Assembly (NCBI RefSeq): GCF_009914755.1
Contig: NC_060933.1
Source: the human T2T-CHM13v2.0 reference genome, Homo sapiens
Length of the DNA stretch: 64,000 nucleotides
Direction: 5' to 3' (one strand)
In this document: positions 27,727-40,100 of the stretch, one piece after another
Numbering within the stretch: the first letter of the stretch is position 1
Layout: each line of letters begins with the position of its first letter
Notes under the pieces: model-generated
Database searches by the model: none
What the model saw: only the letters and a program-made list of their open reading frames with translations
Told to the model about the DNA's origin: nothing
Translations under genes and position numbers: made by a program

Positions 27727-28004
27727 GCTGATAATCCAAGTACTTTGGGGGGTCGAGGTGAGAGGATAGCATGTGGCCAGAAGTTCAAGACCAGCCTGGG
27801 CAACATAGCGAGACTCCATCTCCACAAAAAAATGTTAAAAATTAGCCAGACATGGTGGTGCATGTCTTAGTTCTAACTACTCAGGAGGCTGAGAAAGGAA
27901 GATTACTTTAGCCCAGGAGCTCAAAGGTGCAGTGAGCTGTGACTGCACTCCAGCCCGTCTAAAAAAAAAAAAAAAAGGAAAGAAAAGAAAAAAAGAAATA
28001 AAAA
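27727..28004 (+). mobile_element. AluJ-type, 5'-eroded
   Basis: agttcaagaccagcctgggcaacatagcgagac, gagctcaaaggtgcagtgagctgtga, A-rich tail. Confidence 0.88.
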
Positions 28005-28172
28005 GGTATACACATTTTTTTTCTGAGGTGGATGGAAATATGTCATGTCAGAGGTAAATTGTGACTTGAGTAAGTTTTATGTTGAGCAACTCTTTTTGTT
28101 TACATTTTCTATGTTGCCCAAATAAAGTCTTATTTTCATAAATCACTGCTTTACATAACAACTTTTCCTGCA

Positions 28173-28298
28173 GCCCTGGGTATGGTGGCACACAGTTGTA
28201 GTCCCAGGTACACTGGATGCTGAGGCAAAAGGATCATTTGAACCCAGAACTTCAAGGTCAACCTGGGCAACATAGCAAGATCCTATCTGTAACAAAAA
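28173..28298 (+). mobile_element. FLAM (free left Alu monomer)
   Basis: Monomer: ctgggtatggtggcacacagttgtagtcccag ... cctgggcaacatagcaagatcctatct plus A tail. Confidence 0.8.
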
Positions 28299-28453
28299 TT
28301 TTTTTAATGATAATTCTCATGCAAAATTCAGTTTGCACTGTTTTAAAAAATGAAACACTTATAAGAGCATGGTCATAAGGCAATTCTGACTTGGTGTCAA
28401 GCCATTTAAACTTAGATATAACCTAGGATTTAGGATCCTTGCTATTGTTTACA

Positions 28454-29047
28454 TAGTAAGTCCACATTTAATATCAGTAGATTATTGGAAACTGCAACTA
28501 TCAGCAAAATGGTGAACAATGAAACAAATTTTACCATAGGCCAATTGATACAACAAGATATAAGTTCCTACTGCATATTTCTGGTCACAATATTATCACT
28601 GTACTTCTAAATGGAGACTAAAACAACACTTATAACATTCAACACTGAAATAAGTGTGAGGTATACATACATTTTTAAAAAGATTAATAAAAACAAGTAA
28701 GATGATTATTTACCCAATTATTCCAGTTCAGAGTCTCGGGTGGCAAGAACCTATTCTTACTCAGCATGCAATGCAGGAATAAACCCTGCACAGGATGCTA
28801 TTCCATGGCAGGGCACAACCACATTCACTCACATTGGGACACACAGTGGGGAAATGCCAATTAACCAGACATGCACATCTTGGGGATGTGAGAGGAAGCA
28901 GGAGTTCCTGGAGAAAACCCATGCAGGCATGGGGAGAACATGCAGACCCTACACAGATGGTAGCCCTGTCCAGGAATCAATATTTATTCTCATCTACATT
29001 ATAGCAAAACAACATTGAATAAAACAACTTTATTTGAGGACCTGTTT
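28454..29047 (+). mobile_element. MER82 (MER6-related, TcMar-Tigger) non-autonomous DNA transposon, near full length
   Basis: agtaagtccacatttaa start; ttttaccataggc, gcatatttctggtcaca, atttacccaattattccagttcag, ggagaaaacccatgcaggcatggggagaacatgca; tttgaggacctg end. Confidence 0.8.
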
Positions 29048-31329
29048 TACTTGTACATCTTTGGGAAAATCTTTCAACTTTTATTACTCATAATGTTCTC
29101 AATAAAAGTGTGTTAAGAATACATATTTCAGGAGGTTTTTTGAGACAATCAAATGTGGCAATGCATGCAGAATTAATAGCCCATAAGGCATTTTATACAG
29201 TATGTTCTTAGTAATCTACTTTTAATTGATAATTGCTTTATAAAATAATCTGATTACTTTTGGTATAAAGGATAACATATTCCACTAATACTGTGAAGTT
29301 TCAGTGATATAAACACTTAGAAATCATCTGCTCTGTTATGGAAAAAAACATCTAGAAGTATCTTTCAGATTGAAAAATGTTTTTAAGGTGCTGGAATAAC
29401 GGTACCTCTTGCAGATTTGTCTAGCATTACCCAATGCTTGTGATTGCTAGTAATATTAGTGAAATAAGTATGCAAATCTTTTAATAACTGAATAGAATCC
29501 TTCCCTGAACAATTTCCCAGGTGTTATTGCTGTTGCTATCTTATTAAATATTCAATGCCATCTATTATATCCTATACAGAGTCAAATAATAAGGTTACAT
29601 AAACTAATATTTAATATAATACTAATAAATTTAAGATGATATAAAGCAGAATAAAATAACATTTCAGAATAAAAAGACTTTGAAGCTTCCCTGTATTACT
29701 TGATAAGATTTAGGTACAGTCTCAAGAAAACATTTTTTTTTCCTTCTTCTGCATCAGCTCATCTACAAACCAGTTTATTTCTGAAATAGGCCCCAGAGGC
29801 AGGCTGGTTGGTGACTGTAATGGGGGATATCTGACTGGCCACTCAAGGAAATTGCTATGGACTTTTAATCTTATTTTGAGTAAGTTCTGTGCAGATTGTG
29901 TCTGCCAGGCGAGCACTAAGATTACTGTTTCTGAGATCTTTTGGTTGCTATCAGACTGGACTCAATTTTTTTTTTACATTCTCAAGGTTAAGTTGAAACA
30001 GTATTACCCATTATTTATAAATGGTAAGTGTTTAGGTTTTGCCTTCTGTTACAAACTAGAATGTTAATAAAAATACTATATTTAACAAGTTGAAAGTTTA
30101 TGAAAGTCATTGTTTTTGAAAGTAAGTTTTAGATTAAAAAAACAAAAGAAAGGAAAAGAAAAATCTTTTAAGGGGAAACAATGTCTTTATGTGTTTAAAG
30201 TTTCAAAAGGTAATTTATAAAGAAATCAAATATAGTTAAAAATAACTAATCAAAGATGAATATTTAGTGTAGAGGAACATGGATATGGATAAACTGTAGG
30301 GTATTTTATTTATCTTTTTCTTTCAGCAAAGATCTAACTAAAATTAGAGAAATGATGTGTTTTATTCTAGAACCATCACGATACAAACAATAATATGTTG
30401 TTTTTCATCTTGTATTGGATAAACACTATTAATCCCATTAATCCATTCCTCTTTGCTTCTTCAATTAAAATTCTGTGTATTATATAAATACCTCCCTCTA
30501 CCCTCTGCAGTGTAGGAGAATCAGGGAAATCTCATCCCATCTGCCGAAACAGAGATGTATCCTGTATGTACCTTGCCAATGATGGCAACTTCTTTTCTTT
30601 TGTCGAGATATAATACAAACCCCAGGTTGACACCATTTAGTTCATGATATCACTTCCAGATTGATATTGGTGGAAACGTGACTTAATCTGGCTAAATCAG
30701 ATGCAAGAGATGGACTTGTGTTCTATTATTAGAATATAAATTTCTTGTCTTTCTGTATGTGATTAGCAAAGCATGCTGCAACAATTGTTCTTATCAGCAA
30801 AGAAAAATTCTGATAAGCACCTGGAAATACGGCACCTGGAAGCCCTCATTCCTCAGGACTTGATAAAAGAATTCATTATTATTAAAGCAAGTTAAGAGCC
30901 AGGATTACTGTTACTTGTCTTGAAAGCATGTTGACATCTCCATTGTTCCACATGCCTTGTCAGAATGATCTCTGGCTTAGGGAAAACTTTTCAGCTATCT
31001 GCTCTAGCACACTGGTGTGAAAGATGTGTTAAGGGAGAGGTGATAGCTTGATCCTTAGTGCTGTCAGACATCAGGTGGGTCTTAGATAGCTCGAATCATC
31101 AGGTCACTTTTTTCAGCCATGAGTAGTATGCTCTACAGCAGTTATTAATTTATATAAATGCTGTAGATTTAAAAATGGTAGTGAAGTGCTAAATCAGAGT
31201 ATTTGATTTATAATTCAGAGCAATTCAATGGGTCATAGTTAAGTTGGCAGAAGTATTCTAGTTATCTCTCCAAATATAATAATTTTAAATATTGTTCACA
31301 CAAGGAAAAATCCTAACATCTTTCTCCAT

Positions 31330-31497
31330 ATCCTTAAAACTCCAGATATGAATTTGATCATGCAGTGCTTGTCTTTCTGTCCCTGGCTTATTTCACTTAA
31401 CAAAGTGTCCTCCAACTTCATCCACATTGCTGAAAATAACAGCATTTTATGGCTGAATATTGTTCTGGAGGGGTGGATAGATAGATGATAGATAGAT

Positions 31498-31541
<44 letters not shown>

Positions 31542-32125
31542 TACATTTATACACCACATTTTCTTTATCCATTTGTTGTTAGATGAGCATTTAGGCAGAT
31601 TCCATATCACGGCTATTTTGAATGATGCTTCAATATCCCTGGGTGCAGATGTCTCTTTGACATACTAATTTCATTTTTTTTGATTACGTACCCAGTAGTG
31701 GGATTGCTGGGTAATATAATAGTTCTCTTTTTTATTTTTTGTGGAAACTCCATACTGCTTTTCATAACAGCTATACTATTTTAAATTCCCACCAACAGTG
31801 TATAACATTCCTCTTTCTCCACATTATCGTTTCCATTTGTTATATTTTGTCTTCTTGATAATATCCATCATTTAAACTGGGATAAGGTAATAGCTCATTG
31901 CGGTTTTGTTTTGCATTTTTCTGAGGCTTAATGATGTTGAGCATTTCTTTATATATTTTTTGGCCATTTGTATGTCTTCTTTTGTCCATTTTTTAATCAA
32001 CATTTTCTTTTGCTATTGAGTTTTTTGAGTTCCTTATATATTCTGGATATCAAACCTTGTTGAATACATAGTTTGCAAACACCTTATCCTGTTCTGTAAT
32101 TGTCTCTTCGTTTTATTGATTGATA
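31330..32125 (-). mobile_element. L1MA 3' region, antisense
   Basis: gtctttctgtccctggcttatttcactt, cccagtagtgggattgctgg, ttcccaccaacagtgt, gatgttgagcattt. Confidence 0.85.
31476..31541. repeat. (GATA)n tetranucleotide STR
   Basis: (GATA)2 GAT (GATA)2 GAT (GATA)11. Confidence 0.97.
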
Positions 32126-32204
32126 AGAAGTAGGTTAATTGTGCTATATAAGTGCAAACTTTGTCTAAAGGAGAATATGTGTTCTTTGAAGACAAATGTC
32201 CATT

Positions 32205-32730
32205 TGTCAAGCCCCCCAGTACTTTCTTTTATGTAGGAATGCCAATATAGGACCTTTCCGTTTTGAAGCTGTTTGTGAGTAGATTTTTCTCTTCCCACCA
32301 ACTGGAGGCTAAAATGTAAACCAGAGACCCAAGAATAGCCACTCATTCCTTGCATTTTTAACCTTGCAAGGTAAGAAGTAGGCAGAGAGTCTGAAATTAT
32401 TCCTGTCAGATGGATAGATTTTTTGAATCCAATGGTAAAGTGGGAAGTGACAAGCTAAAGCAGAGCCCAGCAGCATTCCAGAAAATGCCTGTGCATGCTT
32501 TGCTGGCAGTGGCCAGCGGTCATGACTGACAGGACAATAGCCACATGAAAAGCAGAACTTCCTTTTTCTGATATTGGTTCTGACTTGCTCTCTGATTCCT
32601 GCCTGAGGCTGGTTCACCTACTTTTTTTTTCAATTCTAAGAGCTGCGTTGTGCTTTTCCAACGCATTCATTTTTGCTTGCTTTAAATTCCAAGTAATTTC
32701 TATTGTCTTTAAACAACTGCCTACCTAAAA
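32205..32730 (+). mobile_element. Old ERVL LTR (LTR33/LTR16-like)
   Basis: Purine-rich middle and an end reading cattcatttttgcttgctttaaa...tttctattgtctttaaac, typical of ERVL LTR 3' ends. Confidence 0.45.
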
Positions 32731-33739
32731 TAATTATTAAATATATAGCTAAAACACTAAATTAAATAAACTTACATTGTTTTCCTTGCTGTAAGAATTC
32801 TCTAAGCCTTTCTTATTTTAATATGCATCATGAACCACCAGTTGAGGCAATGTGCAACACATTTTGAGAGACATGATCTACCTGTTGGAATCTTAACATT
32901 TAGAACAGATATATTGATCAGTGTATAATTTTTGGATTATCAAAGATGGGAATAAAATTGAGCTATAATATATAAAATAAGAGGATTTATATATGTTTGT
33001 TTTTTTACTCCCCATCTCACCTGCTACTTCTTTATGGATAACAGTTATCCCACTTGATGGAATTTTTCTCTTTTCATCCATTACTTTTTTATTTAAAGTA
33101 TTCCCTCTCCTAGGATGTAAGTTTCTATAGACTGAAATGTTGTTATTTAATGGTAATAAGCCTTATTTTCAGGCTGCTTTACAGAATTTTGGCTTTGCCT
33201 TTTGTTTTCTTCATTGTACTTTTCTTACTCCACTCAGAATTTGTTGACCTTCTTAAATCTGCTTATATCTGTCTTCAATCAGTACTAAAAACATTCTCTA
33301 TTATTTCCTTAGTTATTGCCTTTGTCTCTCTTTTCCTGGTAAAGTTTAGACATATATTAACGTGTAACTCTATCCTTTGTATCTTGAAACTTTTCTTCAA
33401 TAATTTATTTTCTTTCTTCCTACTGCACTTCGTTAATTTTCTAGTAGTTCTCCGTTACTTCTAGCAGGTATTTCCTTTCTAAATCTACCATGATCATATT
33501 TGTATTTTCCTGTGTGCATCTTTAAGCCTATGTTTTGTTCTTTAACTTCTGTCTGATAATTCTATTATTTAAATTGTTTTTCTTGTCTGTCGATTTGTTT
33601 CTGGATGTTGTTATCCTTAACAATATACTGATTCTTCTCTGTGTATGTGTGTCTCTCTCTCCATCTCTCTCTAAACACATGCACACAAACTCTCTCTCTC
33701 ATGTATGCTATATTGCATACAAATGATTTACCAAAATAA

Positions 33740-33870
33740 TTGACTTTATTTTTAATACAGACCTACAAGTTAGTTACTTTCATATTCACGTTACAGTTGA
33801 GGAAACTGAGACTCAAAGGGAAAAATGACTTGGCCAAGTTTATACACCCAATTAGTGTCAGGATAGTTTA
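33740..33870 (-). mobile_element. MIR core
   Basis: ttacagttgaggaaactgagactcaaag...tgacttggccaagtttatac. Confidence 0.7.
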
Positions 33871-34461
33871 AGATTACCTTGTTGTCTACTATGGAGGTAA
33901 GTTCCTCCAGAAGTTTTGCTTATGCAAGCATTACCCATATCAGATCATCTTAAATCAGGGTGAAAATATGAGTATCTGAACAACTCAGATTTGGTCCCAG
34001 ACTTCAAGTATGCTCAAGAGCTGGTTCTTGTTTTCTCCTTCATTGGAGTGTATTAACCTTATGATTCTAGCTTAGAATAGCAAAAGTCTCTGGGCAGACT
34101 CTCTATATTTTGTCAGCCATAGACTATAATTTCTGTCTTTTTCATCTGAGAATTCTATCTGAATAAAAGTTAACTTGGCTTGCAAGGAAAAGTTCCCCAA
34201 ATTCAGTGACAGTTTTCCTCTTTGAGCTCCCATCTTCTTTAACTCTTATCATGTTTTTCTGGTAGCTCTGTTCTGCTTCTTCGTTTGACTTCCATTGAAT
34301 TGGGTAACTTTTTTTTTCCTCTTCCCGATGTACATAAATGACTTAAAGTATATCAATATCACTATATTCTCTATAACACACAAATAACTAGCATAAATAC
34401 GTTGCATTTAGACAGTATAGTCTAAATACAAGTTCCCTGTCCTATTTTGTAGGTCTTTGAA

Positions 34462-34892
34462 TGTTGTTTAAAAAAATGCAACTAAGACATGTTAAATTTC
34501 ACTAAGTTTATTTGACCAAGAAAAAGGTTTGAGAAGTAGGCACCATCCCAGAACAAAGATTGTTCAGAGTGACTCCACATCCAGAGTGGTGAGATGTATT
34601 TATAACCAGAACATATAAAATTATATTCAGAGTTTCCCTGATTGGTGCAGTTAAATATTTGCCTTATTTGGGCATAATTTGGCAGCATTCAGCCTAGGAT
34701 TGACTAAGGGTCTGGCTCCTATGATTGGTTGAGTCTCAGTTGCTTGGTTACAAGTCCATATATCTACATTAGCTTACAACTTATCTACACATTAAGTTAG
34801 AGTACAGTCACTATGTATGGATGCTGCTTTGGGCCAAACTTAATTAGGCAAGTACAATGGGCACTTTGAGCCAAACTTAACTCAGCTTAACA
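34462..34892 (-). mobile_element. MER57-like ERV1 solo LTR
   Basis: tttgccttatttg, repeated gattgg, acattaagttag, gccaaacttaa...ttaaca (reverse of the MER57-type start tgttaa..taagtttggc). Confidence 0.65.
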
Positions 34893-36266
34893 ATGTTCTC
34901 TAGTATTTGTTTTACTTTATTTTATTTGTTTGATTCAATATAGCAAATGCTTCTTTAGACTTACCCACATGTTTATATATATATTACTGTTTTGCCTCCG
35001 TTGAACATGCCTTCTACTTCCTAATTTGTGCCAGAATTGACTAGTAGATGCTATGAATGCATCATGCTCTTTGGCCCATTTCGAACACTCAGGTATGTCT
35101 GTACTCTTAGTTCATCTATTCATCATTGTTTCTACAGTTCCCTCATGCTTTAAAAAATATATGGCTTTTATAATTTATCCAGCTTTTTCTTGTCATTTTA
35201 ATAAGAGTATGTGTCTTATACAACTACTACATTCATCCCAGAAGTAGAAGCAAACTATTATAATCCCATTATTTTTATTCCTACTATTCTCTTTTCAGAA
35301 TTTCTTTTAGATATTCCTTGGATAGTTTTATTCAATCCTCCATGGCTTTCAGCTTATCTTATGTTCTATCTTTTGGTTCATATTCTGCATTCTGGATAAT
35401 TCTTCATCTTCACTTTCTAGTTTGTTGATATTCCTTTTGGTGACTATAAGCTGCTCTTTAAAATGGTCAATAATGCCTAAGATGTTTATTATCTTGCCCT
35501 TTGCAGAAAAAAATTTTCAGCTTTTGCTCTGGAATGATTTTGCATCTCTTCCACCAAACTTCCAGTGTATCAATGGCCAGAAAATAATCTATATGTTAAT
35601 TTGTTAATTTGATGGTTCAATGGTTCAAGGCTGTACAATTTAAAAGTTTGAAGTCAAACAACACATGATGGATAATCCTGATGTTACAGATTCTCAGGGG
35701 AGAATATGTATTTGTTTTTTTCTACCAATTGTTCTAGTATTTACAGACAAACTTCTTAATTATACTGGGTTGGTTAATAAGTATTTTTCTTTACTCTTTC
35801 AATCTAGGTCCAGCTATGCATCACCCCTTCGCTGATGAGCATTAAGAAAATCCAAATTTATAAATTGCTGGGTCCATCTCTCTTGCCATCCAGAAAAGTC
35901 AGAGCAACTGGTCTTGCTGGTTTTAAGTGTTGCCTGTGTTTCTGGCATTGGTAATTTTCTTTGTTTTCCTGTAGTTTTAGGTATACATATATAATGACAT
36001 CTCCAAAATTCATCAATATTAGCATTTGTTATGAAGATTTTTCAGGCAACTGTCTTACCATATGGCCTAAATCTGATTCTAAAGTCCACGTTTCACTTTC
36101 TCAAATATAAAAACTGTTTGCTAATAAGCACTAGAAAAATATTTCAAAGAAGAACATTTTGATAGATATGATTATACAATATTCACTGCAGTAAATAACC
36201 GTTGCATACTCAAAGGAGTTTCATTTGCATATATAACATGAGATGAAAACCAATGATAAATGGTGA

Positions 36267-36576
36267 CTTTTAATAAAATAGATCAGAAATAGTATCTTGT
36301 GCAAATAACCTGATGTGAGAATAATTATCCCTCTAATTAGTAAAATTCAATAAGAAGGTAGAATTTTCATTTACATGTGATCAAATAACTTTTTTTACAA
36401 TACCTTTGCCTTTTGAATTCTTTAATAAAATACATCAGAAATAGTATCTTGAACAAACAATCTGATGTGACAATAAGTTCCCCTCTAGTAAAATTCAGTG
36501 AGAGTGTAGGATTCTCGTTTACATGAGATTGAATACCTTTTCTTTTTACAGTACCTTTTGCCTTTTGAATTCTTTA
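36267..36576. repeat. Old tandem duplication, 2 x about 152 bp
   Basis: tttaataaaata(g/c)atcagaaatagtatcttg ... tttgccttttgaattcttta at 36269 and 36421. Confidence 0.9.
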
Positions 36577-37502
36577 TTGTTTTCATTTAAGAAATGTGGA
36601 AATCTGAAACAAACTATATTCTCAATCATGTTAGATAAAGTATATGTAATATGTATTTTTTAAAGTCCAGTGGCTAAGAACTTAGACTGGGTTTTGAAAT
36701 AATAATTTCCTAACACAGTTTCTCAGTATGTTTCCTCTAGACAAGAGAAAACTCTGTAATTATGATTCTTAATTTACCCTGGTAATTTCATAAGAAAAAT
36801 GATTAATTACTTTGAGCAATTAGTTATACAGATAATCATGGTTCTTTATTTAAACCACAAAAAATAGAAAGAAAGCAGAGAAGCTTAAGTATAAAATATA
36901 AAGAAAAATTCAGTCATTTAGTAAAAATGAAATCAGTGTTAAAATATTTCTTTTGACACAGTCAGCTAACATCTTTCTATTTTTGCTGAGTAACTATTAA
37001 TTATATTTTAAGTTCAACTAACTCTTGACACAGCAATGGAATTTGAAGTGAATATACTACTTTGAAAAATAAATGGTGTATTTAGAGTGTTGACATTTAG
37101 AAAATGGTAGTTTTGTGAAATTTGCAATGTGTTTTAGAATTATAAATGCTAAAGTAAATGAATGCATGATTATATTTAATAGAATAAAAACAGAAGAATT
37201 TTTTAAGTCTTGACGACCCAAGGCAGGGTTCTGTTTTAAGTATTCCCCTTTCAATCAACGTTACAGCTATCCTAACTTAAAACTGCTTCAACTAATAATG
37301 TGTATTTATATTAAAAATGTAATCCATGGCTATGAACCCTGGCTTCCTAGTAGAATCACATGGCAAGATTTTAAGTAATACTCATTTCTTGGCTCTACTA
37401 AAGTCCAATTAAAACAGAACTTCAGTTTTTAGAAAGAGGTGTGGGTAAGTTTGAAATGTTCCACATTATTCTAAGATGTGGGTGAGATTAAGAACCAGTA
37501 AG

Positions 37503-38208
37503 CACACCAGTCAGAATGGCTAGTATTAAAAAGTCAAAAAATAGCAGGTGCTGGTAAGGTTGCAGAGAAAAAGGAACACTATACACTGTTAAAGGGAATG
37601 TAAATTAATTCAGCCATTGTGGAAAACAGTGTGGTGATTCCTCAAAGACCTAAAAACAGAACTACCATTAGACCCAGCAATCCCATTACTGGGTATATAT
37701 CCAAAGGAATGTACATTGTTCTATTATAAAGACACACGCACACATATGTTCACTGCAGCACTATTCACATTAACAAAGACATGGAATAGACCTAAATGGC
37801 CATCAATAGTAAAGACTGGATAAGTAAAATGTTGAACATATACACCAGGGAATAAGATGTAGCCATAAAAAAGAATGAGATCATGTGTTCTGAAGGAATA
37901 TGGATGGCATTGAAGGCCATTATCCTTAGCAAATGAATGTAGGAACGAAAAAACAAATGCCACATTCTCTCACTTGTAAGTGCAAGCTAAATGATGAGAA
38001 CACATGCACACAAAGAAGGAAACAACAGACACCGGGGCCTACAAGAGGGCAGAAGGTCGGGGGAGGGAGACCATCTGGAAAAATAACTAATGAGTCATAG
38101 GCTTAATGCCTGGGTAATGAATTAATCTGTAAAACAAACCCCCATGATGCAAATGTATTTATATAACAAACCTGCACATGTACCCCTGAAATTAAAGGTT
38201 AAAAAAAA
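37503..38208 (+). mobile_element. 5'-truncated older L1PA (PA15/16-like) 3' end
   Basis: cacaccagtcagaatggc...gacccagcaatcccattactgggtatat...aaacctgcacatgtacccctgaa plus A tail; degenerate TSD aagaaccagtaagca / aagaaacagggagca. Confidence 0.9.
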
Positions 38209-39536
38209 GAAACAGGGAGCATTGCTAGGCTATATTAAGCACCAACTGCGCATACTTAACCTATAAAATGCCTAAAATATAGATAGTAAAAAATATGCAC
38301 AAGAGTGACATAAAACAAGAATTCAGATATAGCAGTTGTTTTTATTTGTTTAAGAATAAATTCAAAATTCAGAATTATAATTGTATACTCTCAGAAGAGA
38401 AAACACAATCAGATTCATTTTATATAAAATATATTGTGCTAATTTACACACTTTTTGATCCCTAATAATAAATACAACTCTGTTAGATGCCTTAAAAGCA
38501 ATCTTTACATTGCTTAGAGAACGTTAAATATCAATTGTGTATTTAAATTTTCTACTTATATGACAGTATGCTATTTTTCCTTAACTTTGGGTAAATAATT
38601 TTATGGTGTGATTAAACCGATCTGACATTTTGAAAAAGGGTATGTTTTTTAATGAAATATAAAAGAGTTGTAATTTTAGTTATTCACTGTTGCACAAACC
38701 TACTTTTTTGGCTTCATTTGCAAAAGGTTGTTGGATAACCTTTATCTTTTACCACTAACTTCTTACTCTGATCCAAAATATTTGGCTTTTAAAATTCTCC
38801 TTATTTCATTATTTGTCTTCATATTTAAAATATCTTCTGTGATATTTCACTTCTAATTTTTTAATATTTTTACATAAAAAGAGATGAATACTGATATCCC
38901 TGATTTTTAAGAGAGGATTTTTATTGCCCTGTTAATTTGGAAATAAACATGCGATAATATGATTTTAAAATGCTAAAGTGGAGCTCTAGTAATTCAACTG
39001 AAAATAGCATTATGAATAAACTATACTGTGGCAACTCTTTAACATAATAAAGGAGGACATCAACAGAGCAGAAAATTGATGAATTTTGGAATATATGAAG
39101 CATGTTGTATCAAATTGCCAGAGAAAGTAATGATCTTCTGTTACTGAACTCAGGTCACAAAGCCTACTGCCTGCTAATCGGCAAGTGGACCTGTTTCTCT
39201 AACAATGGCCGGAAACTTCACAACATCAAAGGAGAAATCATTGCCAGCAAAAGCATTTCCGGGTAGTAGGAAAGAATACAAGTGAATAACATTAGTCCAG
39301 AAGTTTTAATAATATTCTTTGCTGGTTGAAATTCATGTTTAATATGATGTAAATTACTTGATAAGCAAATTAAGAACTATGCTACTACAGACTCCAAATA
39401 AGACGCAAGAAAAATGAGAGGAAATACATTAAAGGAAAATCTTAAAAAAACAGCTGCACAGGAGATAAATTATTTTTCCAGGAGTTTTAAACATAGTTGC
39501 TTTTGTTTGTTTGCTTTGCTGTTTTTTCTTAATAAT

Positions 39537-39874
39537 TGTTTTAGTAAGCTCAGGCTGCTATATAAAAATAAGATAGGCACTGGTCTGAACAATAGACATT
39601 TATTTCTTATAGTTCTTGAACCTGGCAAGTCTGAGGAGGGTCATCTTCTGGGCTTTCAAAGGGCTGCCTTTTTCCTATGTACGTACATAGCTAATAGAAA
39701 GCGTTAGCTCTCTGGTCTCTTCCTGTAAGAGCACTAATCCCATCATGAAGACCCCATCCTTATGGGCTCATCTAAACCTAATTACTTCCAAAGGTCCCAC
39801 CTCCAAATGCTAACACATTGAGAGTTAAGGCTTCAATATATTAATTTTGGGGAAACAAGACACAGTCCATATCA
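39537..39874 (-). mobile_element. MLT1A0-like MaLR LTR
   Basis: caggctgctat, catttatttcttatagttct, gcactaatcccatcatga, ctaattacttccaaagg, cagtccatatca. Confidence 0.82.
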
Positions 39875-39875
39875 A

Positions 39876-39909
<34 letters not shown>

Positions 39910-40076
39910 TGTATAATATATATGTATACTATATATGTATATAATATGTATGTATAATATATATACAAATATATATAATATATATTACATATACCAAATA
40001 TATATATTATATATATTTGTATATATAATATATATATTTGTATATATATTATGTATGTTATGTAATACAACTATAT
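39876..40076. repeat. (TA)n and degenerate AT-rich repeat
   Basis: About 13 perfect TA units followed by imperfect TATA/TATG units. Confidence 0.93.
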
Positions 40077-40100
40077 ACACTCTACAAAGGCAGTGGAATA

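Noticed and set aside
33150-33464. 104-aa hydrophobic ORF as a membrane protein
   Set aside because: F/L/I/V richness follows from T-rich antisense LINE sequence; there is no splice or homology support.
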